Origin: Leucoraja ocellata
Lineage: Eukaryota
Direction of reading: 5' to 3'
DNA: 64,000 nucleotides
Assembly (NCBI GenBank): GCA_036785375.1
Contig: JAWMAR010000246.1
Location: forward strand, 2,480,001 to 2,544,000
The position numbers were made by a program, and so were the translations under genes. A model generated the notes under the pieces. It was not told the origin of the DNA. It saw only the letters and a list, made by a program, of their open reading frames with translations, and searched no databases. This document shows positions 11,408 to 22,519 of the stretch, piece after piece (within the stretch, counting starts at the first letter, position 1; each line of letters begins with the position of its first letter).

Positions 11408-14300
11408 TATAAGATCATAAGGTCATAAGTGGTAGGAGTAGATTTAGGCCATTCGGGCATTAGGCCATCAAGTCTAATCTGCCATTCAATCATGGCTGAT
11501 CAATCTCTCCCTCCTAACCGCATTCTCCTGCCTTCTCCCCCTAACCCCTGACACCTGTACTAATCAAGCATCTATCCATCTCTGTCTTAAAAATATCCAC
11601 TGACTTGGCCTCCACATCCTTCTGTGGCAAAGAATTCCACAGATTCACCACTCTGACTAAAGAAATTTCTCCTCCTCTCCTTTTCCTAAAAGAACGTCCT
11701 TTAATTCTGAGACTATGACCTCTAATCCTAGACTCCCCCACTAATGGAAACATCCCCACCACATCCACTCTATCCAAGCCGTTCATTATTCTGTATGTTT
11801 CAATGAGGTCCCGCTTCATTCTTCTAAACTCCAGCGAGTACAGGCCCAGTGCCGACAAACGCCCATCATGGGTTAACCTACTCATTTATGGGATAATTCT
11901 TGTAAACCGGCACATCTTTCCTCAGATATGGTGCCCAAACTTACTCACAATATTCCAAATGCAGCCTTACCAGCGCCTTACATTACATCCCTGTTTTTGT
12001 ACAAGCCCTCTTGAATTAAATGAGTTTGCTTTCATCATTACCGAATCGACTTGCAGATTAACATTTCGGGATGTTACCTGCACCATCACTTCCATGTCCC
12101 TTTGCACTTCTCTCCCCATTTAAAAAATAGTCTTTGCCTTTATCCCTACTACCAAAATGCATGATTCCACACTTTGCTACACTATATTCCATCTACCACT
12201 TCTCTGCCACTCTCCAAACCTATCCAAGTCCTTCTGCAGAGTCCCTGCTTTCTCTACACTACTTGCCCTTCCACCTATTTTTGTATCATCCGCAAACATT
12301 GGCCCAAAGCCTTCAATCCCCTCATCCAAATCATTAATATACAAAGTGAGGAGTAGCAATACTTTCTTCAGTTATATAAAGAGTAAGAAAGAGGCAAGAA
12401 TGGAAGTTAGGAAGTGGAAGTGGAAGCACTGACCCCTGCGGAACTCTGCAAGTCAATGGCAGCCAACCAGAAAAAGCCCCCTTTATTGCCATTCTTTGCC
12501 TTCTGCCATCCAGCCAACCTGATATCCATGCGAGTATCTGCCCTTTGATGGCCTAGGCTCTTATCTTCCTTAGCAGCCTCACGTGTGGCACCTTATCAAA
12601 GGCTTTCTGAACATCTAAGTAAACAACATCTACTGACTCTCCTTTGTCTGTCTGCTCCTCACTTCAATGAATTCCAGCAAATTTGTCAAGTAAGACCTCC
12701 CCTTTGCAAAGCCATGCTGACTTTGGCCAATTTTATCATGAACTTCTAAGTACCCTATAACGTCATCCTTTATAATGGTAAAATCTTACCAATCACCGAA
12801 GGCAGACTAACTGGCCTATAGTTCCCACTATTTTGCTTTGCTCCATTTTTGTGCAATATTGGGTAATATTGGCAATTTTCCAATCATCTGTGACCTCTCC
12901 TGTCAATAGTAATTCTTCAAATATCACTGTCAATGCCTCCACAATCTCTAAAGCCACCTATTTCAGAACCCTAGGGCGTAGTCCATCTGGTCCTGGTGAC
13001 TTATCCATCTTCAGCCCTTTCAGCTTCCCAAGTACTTTCTCCCTAGTAATAGACACCCCACTAATTTCCAGCCCCTAACTCTCTTGAATTTCAGGCATGC
13101 TGCTGATGTCTTCCACTGTGAAGACTGATGCAAAAAAAATTATTCAACACCTCAGCCATTTCTTTATTCGCCATTATCACTTCTCCTGTGTTATATTCCG
13201 GACAGCAGAATGAATAACAACTTACACGCAGGTTGCCTGTATCACAAGAGAGAGTTTTATTACCCAACATTCTCCCTGCTTACATTGAACACCAACTCAT
13301 TAACGTATACATGAATATGTATGAATACATTACATCCTGCATTATTCCTCAGCGGTCCAACTTCTACTCTTGCCTCTTTCTTACTCTATATATAACTGAC
13401 AAAACTCTTGCTATCCTCTTTTATATTATGAGCTAGCTTACCTTCATATAATAGGAGCAAAGAGGTCCTTCTGCAGTTGTACAGGGCCCTAGTGTGACCA
13501 CACCTGGAGTATTGTGAGCAGTTTTGGTCCCCTAATTTGAGGAAGGACATTCTTGCTATTGAGGGAGTGCAGCGTAGGTTCACAAGGTCAATTCCCAGGA
13601 TGGCGGGACTGTCATATGCTGAGAGAATGGAGTGGCTGGGCTTGTATACTCTGGAATTTAGAAGGATGAGAGGGAATCTTATTGATACATATAAGATTAT
13701 TAAGGGTTTGGACACACTAGAGGCAGGAAACATGTTCCCGATGTTGGGGGTCCAGAACTAGGGGCCACAGTTTAAGAATAAGAGGTAAGGCATTTAGTAC
13801 AGAGATGAGGAAACACTTTTTCACACAAAAAATTGTGAGTCTGTGGAATTCTCGGCCTCTGATGGCGGTGGAGGTCAGTTCTCTGAATACCTTCAAGAGA
13901 GAGCTTGATAGGGCTCTTAAAGAGAGTAGAGTCAGGGGCTATGGGGAGAAGGCAGGAATGGGGTACTGATTGTGGATGATCAGCCATGATCACATTGAAT
14001 GGCGGTGCTGGCTCGAAGGGCCAAATGGCCTACTCCTGCACCTATTGTCTATTGTCTATTTCATCTTCTCTCCCTGTATTACCTTTTTAGTTCCTTCTGT
14101 TGTTCTTTTTAAAGCTTTCCAATCCTCTGGCTCTCCACTAATTTTTGCTATGTTATACACCTTGTCTTTTAGTTTCATATTGTCCTTGACTTCCCTTGTC
14201 AGCCACAGTCGCCTCTTTCTTCCCCTAGAATATTTCTTCCTCTTTGGAATGAAAAGATTCTGCATCTACGGGATTATTCCCAGAAATTTCTGCCATTGCT
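11408..14300 (-). mobile_element. Older deleted CR1 LINE containing further insertions
   Basis: ORFs 11541.., 12177.. (YINDL...FADDTK), 14056... The reverse strand of 12450-13200 is RT/linker sequence. Confidence 0.85.
13451..14060 (+). mobile_element. CR1 3' fragment nested antisense in older CR1
   Basis: ORF 13537..13761 and tail (ATTGTCT)n. Host sequence is continuous either side. Confidence 0.9.
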
Positions 14301-14824
14301 GTTGCAGGGGATGCAGTTTTAGATGCAGGATTATGTGCTGTGCACATCCTGTATTTTAAGTTAAATTACATTTAATTTTGTTCTGTCATTTGAACAGCTG
14401 TTGCTGAATCCAGTACTGGAGCAAATACCAAACCACTAAAGATCAGATCTTTTCTTTTCATATCTTACTTAACCATGATCCAGCAGCTGACTGTCAATGC
14501 CTCAGTTTCCAACTGTAGATCAAGCCAATGTCTGAATGCTGCAGTAGAAGCTCAGTTATCTGCCATGCAAGCACAGATTTTGTCATCATGGTTCCTGGTA
14601 ATATCAAGCAATGGAGCTGGCAAATAGTCACAGCAATCCAAAACTTCACACCTCTGTGGTGCCCACCCAACCCCCAGCCGCGGGGCCCGGCTCCTCTGGC
14701 CGGGCCCCGACCCAGGATTCTATCCGGCGATCCAGGAGGCATAGAGGCTGCGACACCTCGATAAAGGCCTCTGGCCGTATTCCCAGTCCACAGCCATGTT
14801 CCCATCAGGAAACCTACTGGCCGC

Positions 14825-15442
14825 GTGGCTGGAAGGAAATTCGGCATGTTTACGGTGACTCTTACAAACTTCTACAGATGCACCAAAGAAAGTATACTAT
14901 TGGGGTACATCACAGCTTGTTTTGGAAACAGCTCCACTGAAAACCACGAGAAATTGCAGAGAATTGTAGATATAGCTCAGTCGATCACACAGACCAAACT
15001 TCCCATCATTCACTCCAGCTACACTTCACGCTGCCTCAGAAAAGCAGCCAACATAATCAAAGTCTTGTCCTACCCCAGTCATACCTTCTTCTCCCTGCTC
15101 CCATTGGGTGGAGGTTATAGAAGCTTGATCGCAAGCACAGGCAGTAGGGAAAAGCTTCTTCCCCTCTGTTATCTGGCTTCTGAATGGCGCTTCCATAGCT
15201 AGGGTACTGTTCGATTCTCTTATCCCATTGAGGTACGTGGATTTTTGTCTATGGAACTGAAGCACTGCAGTGCGCTACAACACTGAGAACTATATTCTGC
15301 ACATGGTTTCACCCCCTTCGCTCTATCTATTGCATTTGAGTTTGAACTGGTTGCATCTATGTGTGGTATATCTGGTCCGTTGGGACATTATGCAAAACAA
15401 AGCTTTTCACTGTACCTTGGTACATGTGACAATAATAAATCT
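14825..15442 (+). mobile_element. Rex1-like LINE 3' fragment
   Basis: ORF 14825..15202 (LTNFYRCTKESIL...KLQRIV...FFSLLP.G) and GTGACAATAATAAA end. Confidence 0.83.
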
Positions 15443-16929
15443 CAGGGCTGCCAACATTGAGAGTTGAGAGTGAGAAATTGCGATGGAGCATAGCGACCGA
15501 GGGGGTGTTCCCCCTCCCATAGTAGGCTCCGGAGGCGGAACCAACGCCTGGTCCACTCACCTGGTCCTGGCTCCGGGCCGGGGTTAAAACTCCATGGGGT
15601 GTGGACAGAGCGGACAACGGACATTGAGCCGCCGGAGGTGAGGGTGGGAGGTGTGTGCCGTGCGTCAGTGGGGAAGGGGAAGGGGGGTTGGTGCTGGGAC
15701 CACCGCCGTCGTGTCTCACCGATCACACCATCTGCATGGGAGAAACTGCATGGGAGAAACTAAACTACTTTTCTTTCCCCCAAAACCATCCCGCAGTTTG
15801 ATAGCCCTGCTTTAACCCAATCTTAAATCACATATCCTGGGAAAAAGACTATGCATTCACCTGATATTCCCCTCATGGTTTTTACTCACCTCTAAAACAA
15901 TTTTTGCTTTATTTTGAACTTTCAGCACCCGCAGATATTTGAGCGTGAGAAATTTTGTGATCAGCGTGAGAGCATGAGAATTTTGTGAAATGTGTGAGTC
16001 TCACGCTCAATGCGTGAGAGTTGGCAGTCCTGCTAATAATGCAAACATTTTATGCCAGTTCCAATTGTTTGGACAAAAATCACTTATTACTGCTTTATAT
16101 CAGTTAAGTTACTTTAAGACCATTTCAGAAATTATGGCAGTCAACAAACAATCAACTAACAAATTAAAGCAAACTAAAAATAAATAACATGTTCCCTTTC
16201 GTGACTCTACCTCATAAGTACTTGAATGCTGTTAACAGAGCAATGGGGTATTAATCTCATGAATCAAAATGGGGAAAGTGGGGGCAATTTTGCTTAAATT
16301 GTAATTCTAAGCCCATTCAGATTTGCATAGAGTCAGAGTTATACAACATGTACATGGCTGGCCCAATTTGTCCATAATGATCAAGTTAGCATTCTGCGTG
16401 CCCAGGGACTGGCTGCTGTTCCCAGATCAGCTCGCGTCCCAGGGACTGGCTGCAGTTCTCAGTTCGGCTCGCCTGCCCTGACCCTGCGAAAACGAATTGA
16501 AAAGAAAACGCGGATTTTCGGGTTATGGGCCGGATTCAGCCCGTGTGCCGTAGGTTGCCGAACCCTGTCCTTGATGTTTGGCCTCATTGTGGTCCCCCCC
16601 ATGTTTTACAACCGATTCACCTGGTTAGTTCTATCTCCGGCTGCTTCATGTTGTCAGCGGCTGCACATCCAACCAAGAAAGAAGAGAAGAGAAGAGATGC
16701 GACGTCACTCACAGCCGCCAACTGACGTGCTTCCCCAGACCGCACAGATCGTTGTGATGTGGCGCAAAGAGACAAACTAGGCAGGGACTGAAGACAGCGT
16801 GAGAATTCTGTCATCAGCATGAGAATTGGCTGAAATGCGTGACTCTCACGCTCAAAGCGTAAGAGTTGGCAGCCCTGTCTAAGGCCAGGATGTGACAACA
16901 GACATACAGGGAGCCACATACACAAAGGA

Positions 16930-17133
16930 AGACACACACACACACACACAGGGAGACAGACACACACACACACACAGGTAGACAGACACACACACACACA
17001 GGGAGACAGACACACACACACAGGTAGACAGACACACACACACACACAGGGAGACAGACACACACACACAGGGAGACAGACAGACACACACCCACAGGGA
17101 AACAGACACACACACACAGGGAGACAGACACCC
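16930..17133. repeat. Compound (CA)n minisatellite, unit ~GG(G/T)AGACAGA(CA)n
   Basis: Direct reading. It runs into the assembly gap. Confidence 0.95.
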
Positions 17134-17437
17134 NNNNNNNNNNNNNNNNNNNNNNNNNNNNNNNNNNNNNNNNNNNNNNNNNNNNNNNNNNNNNNNNNNN
17201 NNNNNNNNNNNNNNNNNNNNNNNNNNNNNNNNNNNNNNNNNNNNNNNNNNNNNNNNNNNNNNNNNNNNNNNNNNNNNNNNNNNNNANNNNNNNNNNNNNN
17301 NNNNNNNNNNNNNNNNNNNNNNNNNNNNNNNNNNNNNNNNNNNNNNNNNNNNNNNNNNNNNNNNNNNNNNNNNNNNNNNNNNNNNNNNNNNNNNNNNNNN
17401 NNNNNNNNNNNNNNNNNNNNNNNNNNNNNNNNNNNNN
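17134..17437. other. Assembly gap (N run with one stray A at 17286)
   Basis: 152 N + a + 151 N. Confidence 0.98.
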
Positions 17438-17577
17438 CTTTCCACCCCCCCTACATCCTCCCCCTCCCTCTTTTTCCTCACGCTTCCTCTTTCGCCCCTT
17501 TCTCCTTCCCTTCCTTCATCCCCTTTCTACATTCCCTCCCCCTGTCTCTCTTTGCCTCCATCCCTCCCTTTTTTCTT

Positions 17578-17579
<2 letters not shown>

Positions 17580-17617
<38 letters not shown>
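17580..17617. repeat. (CT)n microsatellite within a pyrimidine-rich tract
   Basis: Direct reading. Confidence 0.95.
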
Positions 17618-17622
<5 letters not shown>

Positions 17623-17868
17623 TTCTCCCCTCCCTCTCTTTCCCCGGCCACCCAATGGGGAGTCTGGCGGGCACGGTATTGTGTGGATTGACGGCGCTGG
17701 CTCTGCCATGTGAGTTGAAGGGCAGGAGGGAGGGAGGGAGCGAGGTTGCTGCGGCAGCCGGCAGCGCAGACGGCGCACAAAAGCACTGACACCCGCTGAC
17801 CGGGACCGACGCGCTTCCCCAATCCGTGCAGATCGCTGTCATGTGGCGCAAAAAGACAAACTGTGCAG

Positions 17869-17912
17869 CAAAGATCCTATAGCTCCGCTACAGCTCCGCT
17901 ATAGGATCTTTG
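17869..17912. mobile_element. 44-bp MITE with 15-bp TIRs and 8-bp TSD (hAT-type)
   Basis: CAAAGATCCTATAGC-14nt-GCTATAGGATCTTTG. TSD CTGTGCAG (17861-17868, 17913-17920). Empty paralogous site at ~16771-16790. Confidence 0.88.
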
Positions 17913-18044
17913 CTGTGCAGGGACTGAAGACAGCGTGAGAATTCAGTCATCAGCGTGAGGGCGTGAGAATTGGCTGAAATGCGTGACTGTCACGCTCAAA
18001 GCGTGAGAGTTGGCAGCCCTGAAATCTAAACCTAAACTAAAAGT

Positions 18045-18948
18045 ATGTGCATCGAAGTGCATCCGGTGGGCGGCGCGACTCTGGTCAGCAGCGGCCTCTG
18101 CAGTCTGTCCGCGTTTTATTATTTTCTGTCTGTGTTTCTATGTAGTTTTTGTTATTTTTTGTTGGGGTGTGTGTGTGGGGGGAGCGGGGGTGGGGTGGGA
18201 GGAGGGGGGAACTTTTTAAATCTCTCTTGCACGGGAGACCCGACCTTTTCTCGTCGGGTTTCCGTTGTCGTTGGGGGCCGCAACGAGGAGCGGCCTCCAA
18301 CAGGAAGAGACCGGGGACTCTGGTGCTACGACTCACCGTCGCCGTCGCGGGGCTGGCCGAGTCCGGAGCGGGTGGAGCGGTGGAGGAGCGCTGCTGCTGC
18401 TGCTGCTGCGGCCCGACCGGAGAGTCGGAGGCTCCAACGGCAGGTCTGTGGACGGCGGCACCGGGAGCCCGCGGCTCCCTGGAGGGAGACCGCTTTTCAG
18501 GGCTCTCGCAACGGCGACTTCTCCCGCCCGAGTTGCGGGGTTGAAGAGCTCCTGGAGCGGGGCCTACATCACTGCCCCGCGCGGCTTGGAATGGCCGCGG
18601 GACTCTGCGAGCGCACACCGGGTGCTCTAACACCAAGACCCGGTGTGCGACCTCGCACCACCCGGCGTGGCTTTAATGGCCGCGGGACAATCGCCATCGC
18701 CAGCCGGGGGCTTTGACTTTGACTCTGACATGGGGAGGGGGGGGGGGAGTGCAGTGGAGAGATAAGTTTATTTGGCCTTCCATCACAGCGATGTGATGGA
18801 TGTTTATGTAAATTATGTTGTGTCTTGTGTCTATGTGTTTGTAATGTATGGCTGCAGAAACAGCATTTCGTTTGGACCTCAAGGGGTCCAAATGACAATT
18901 AAATGTATCTTGTATCTTGTATCTTGTATCTTGTATCTTGTATCTTGT
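18045..18948 (+). mobile_element. GC-rich non-coding retroposon with a Rex1-like 3' end and (TCTTGTA)n tail
   Basis: 3' hairpin tttggacctcaaggggtccaaa plus TGACAATTAAA and tail. The 3' ~330 bp is nearly identical to 31090-31450. Confidence 0.65.
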
Positions 18949-19295
18949 AATCCTTTGGATACAGAGCCGAAACCAAAGAATATGAGATTGACTGTTTATA
19001 TACAGATTACTTGTAAAATCGTGAACGGATATCAAATATTGGGATTGGAAATGAGATTAGAAATGAGCGTAAACATGAGAAAGTGTGATGGAAATGAAAA
19101 TAATTATATAATTGTTATTTAGTGTTAAAGTGTTCGATGGGCAGCGTAACATACACCTGCTTCCATTTCCTTTCTTTCAAATCCCCATCCCCAGCCTCAG
19201 GCATGCATGAATAGATAGATCTCACTTCCTGTATGGTGACAAGCGAATGATGAGGTAGATACCAATCCAGAAAGCAGCAAAATTTGTAACAGTCT

Positions 19296-19499
19296 TGTAG
19301 ATTGGCTATTTCATACTAGCCAATTATAGTGCTTGTTAGTAGTGATTCTGCCTAGTATGTGCTTTATATTATCAAGAGCTTGCCTATGTTAGTTAGTATG
19401 AGTAGCAGCTAGGAAATGTAATGTCTGCAGATCCTTGCTGTAAGTAGATTTAATAAACATGTGTTGTATCTTTATATGTGTTCATGTCACCCCATTACA
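19296..19499 (+). repeat. 5' LTR (TGTAG...TTACA)
   Basis: Direct repeat of 30259-30461 with about 15 substitutions and 1 indel by manual alignment. Contains AATAAA. Confidence 0.95.
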
Positions 19500-19514
19500 T
19501 GGTATCAGAGAGTG
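19500..19514 (+). promoter_or_regulatory. Primer binding site TGGTATCAGAGAGTG
   Basis: Starts with TGG directly after the LTR end. It resembles both tRNA-Leu (TGGTGTCAGGAGTG) and tRNA-iMet PBSs, so the primer identity is not resolved. Confidence 0.8.
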
Positions 19515-19699
19515 AATCTTGTTTACTCCGTTCATGTTTATCGGGTTTTGGTTTTTTAAATTATTTTCTGCATTTACTATCACCTTCATGACACATTCGT
19601 GTCGCCGTCCAAGTCCTCTGATCTTTGACTCTGACATTGCTGAACACTGGCATCTTTTTGAGTGAGACTACACTCATTATGCTTGCATCGTTCATCGCA

Positions 19700-22220
19700 A
19701 TGACACCCCCCCCCCCCCCCCCAATGTGGATGCCTCTGTTCTGCTGAACTTGGCGGGACCAGAAGCAATGAATCATGCCAACAGCTTCACTTTTGTGCCT
19801 GCTGTTTTGGATGATAACGGTCAGGTCCGAGTGCCTGCTGAGACGATCAACAACCTTGCGGTTTTGTTCAGAAATATTCAGAGAGCTGTGTGACCTGCCC
19901 TCAAACTACATTATTGAAAGGACCAAGTTTAATGCTCGTTTACAGCAGGTCGGTGAACTGATTGAACGTTTTATCAGTGACCTGAAGCATATGGCTGCCC
20001 GCTGTCGATTTCATGATTTACATGATGAGCTCAACCGCGACAAACCTGCTGGAGGTATGCTTGATAGCAAGTTACAGGGTGACCTCTTCGTAATACTGAC
20101 CTAACCCTTGATCAAGCAGAGCATGCTGGTCAGACTTCTGAGATAACGTCTCCCCACACTGATTCTGTCCCCTTCGGTCATCGGTCGCAGCATAGTGTCA
20201 ATATTACAGACTACTCATCCCATAATTCCCGCACGGGGTGTACTGTTCGGTGTAAAAATTACAACTATTTCCATGCTACGTCGTCAGTTCTGTGTTGCTT
20301 ATGAGAAAGCCTGTAATTTCTGCAAGAAGTTAAACCACTTTGCACGATGCTGCCGTTCCCGTGTGAATCAAGCAGCTTCAAGGACGAGTCTACACCTGCT
20401 ACAAAATGAGCTTGCTGATAATGACTTCCAAGAGCCTGACTTGCACTACACTCTCAGAAAGTGCAGATACCAGTTCCACCATCCACTCTCTCCTCCCTTC
20501 ATCTAACGAGCAACTTGACCCTGAGGTAACCATGTTTGTGAATAACAGACCTTTGATCGCGAAGGTTATTACTGCGGCCAAATGCAACGTCATCTCATTA
20601 ACAGAGTTAAAAAAAAATTGTAATGCTGAATGTATTGAATAGGCCTCCGCCACGTTTCGGGCTTACGGGGGAGATGTTCTACACCCACTTGGACAAGCTG
20701 ATTTAAAGTGCACCATAGACGCGCAGACACCCGTACCTTAAAGTTTGATATTGTTAAAGGGGATTCAGAGACTCAGCTCCGTATCAATGCATGCCACGAT
20801 CTAGGCCTGGTATACTTTGGCTGCACTGTCCATCAACTCTTTCTCGCTGACGGACCCACTCAACAGGTACTCGCTCAATACAAAGAACTGTTTAACGATG
20901 AGCTTGGCAAGTTGCCTATCAAATACCACATTGTTGTCGATCCCAACGTCACTCCTGTGGTCAGAGTACCACATCGTGTTCCGCATGCCATGCGTGACAG
21001 AGTACACAATGGACTCAAGCAGATGGTCTCCATGGGTGATATTGCTGAAGTTACTGACCCATCTGACTGGGTTTCCACCATGGTGGTCGCAACAAAGAAA
21101 AACAAGGAGGAGATCCATATCTGCATAAACCCCAGAGATCTTAAAACTGCCATCAAACGACCAGATTACCCAATGCGAACAATAGAGGAAGTTGCTGCTC
21201 AGATAGGCAACGCATCAGTATTCTCCGTTCTGGATGCCAAAAACTCATTTTGGCAGGTTCCACTGGACCCAGACTCGTCCAATCTCACTACGTTCGGCAC
21301 CCCCTTTGGCCGATACAAATTTCTGAGAATACCCTTTGACATCAACTCCACCAGTGGTTTTCCAGCGCACGATGGAACAACTGTTTGCTGAGAACCCATG
21401 GGCCATCGTTGATGACATTCTCATTTACGGACATGACTTGGCTGAACATGACGCTAACTTGAAGAAAGTACGTGACCATGCCAAAGACATTCAGCTAATC
21501 CCCTGAAGTGCAAGTTTCGAGTTCCAGGAGTTACTTATGTCGGACATGTTTTCACAAGTGATGGTTTTAGACCAGGCCCGTCAAAGGCTGCTGCTATTAA
21601 CGAACTGCCGGTTCCTGCTGACGACGTGAGCCTACAAAGGTGCCTTGGAATGGTCAATTACCTGGGAAAATGTATTCCCAAACTCAGTGACATATGTGCC
21701 CCCTGCGAGAACTGACACACAAGGACGCTGCATGGTCCTAGTATCCGCAGCACCAAAGAGCTTTTGACACTCTCAAATTGCAGCTGGCTAGCGCACCTAC
21801 TCTCGCATACTTTGCTTTGGAGTTACTAGTAACGCTCACCTGCGATGCGTCCCAGTACAGATTAGGCGCTGTGTGCCTAAAGACCATGACCGATGGCGAT
21901 TTCAAGCCCGTTTCATATGCCGCTTGTACACTGACTGATATTGAACAACGTTATGCCCAGATGGAAAAAGAACTGCTCGCAGTGGTTTTCGCCTGCATAA
22001 AATTCAAGGACTTTATCTTTGGGAAGTCTGTGTATAGAAACTGAGCACCAGCCGCTGGTCACTATTTTGAATAAAACCATCCATGCTGCCCCAGCACAAC
22101 TGCAACGAATGATGATGCAACTGCAGCAATTTGATTTTAACATCATCTATAAGAAAGGCAACGACATGCACATAGCTGATACACTATCAAGAGCCCCACG
22201 CAAAACCAATGAACAACAAC
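19700..22220 (+). pseudogene. Gypsy gag-protease-RT-RNase H, frameshifted
   Basis: ORFs 19775.. (ERTKFNARLQQVGE), 20195.. (CCHC knuckle), 20708..21391 (LDAKNSFWQVPL...TTFGTPFGRYKF), AIVDDILIYG at ~21401, 21778.. (TCDASQY...YAQMEKELLA), 22019.. (IADTLSR). Confidence 0.93.
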
Positions 22221-22221
22221 G

Positions 22222-22519
22222 ACAGTTTAAGAATAAGGAGTAAGCCATTTAGAACGGAGAAGAGGAAACACTTTTTCTCACAGAGAGTTGTGAGTCTGTG
22301 GAATTCTCTGACTCAGAGAGCGGTGGAGGCAGGTTCTCTGGATGCATTCAAGAGAGAGCTAGATAGGGCTCTTAAAGATAGCTGAGTCAGGGGATATGGG
22401 GAGAAGGCAGAAATGGGGTACTGATTGGGGTGATCAGCCATGATCACATTGAATGGCGGTGCTGGCTCGAAGGGCCAAATGACCTACTCCTGCACCTATT
22501 GTCTTTTGTCTGTTGTCTA
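22222..22519 (+). mobile_element. 5'-truncated CR1 LINE 3' end inserted in Gypsy pol
   Basis: ORF2 C-terminal sequence (FFSQRVVSLWNSL), 3' UTR hairpin ggctcgaagggcc and an (ATTGTCT)n-like tail. Confidence 0.88.

Larger units (their letters stand above)
15443..18021. mobile_element. hAT-like non-autonomous element cluster (TIR CAGGGCTGCCAAC) with one left end and three right ends
   Basis: Left TIR 15443-15455. GTTGGCAG(C/T)CCTG ends at 16032, 16877 and 18021. Subterminal GCGTGAG motifs. AAATCT flanks both outer ends and the host Rex1 tail resumes at 18022. Confidence 0.7.

Noticed and set aside
16617-17851. Long Cys/Val-rich and ERER ORFs
   Set aside because: These are translations of (CA)n/(CT)n repeats and N runs, not genes.
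18045-18898. Overlapping 110-223 aa GC-rich ORFs on both strands
   Set aside because: Stop-poor GC-rich repeat sequence that is duplicated at 31090 with different frames, and no recognisable domain.
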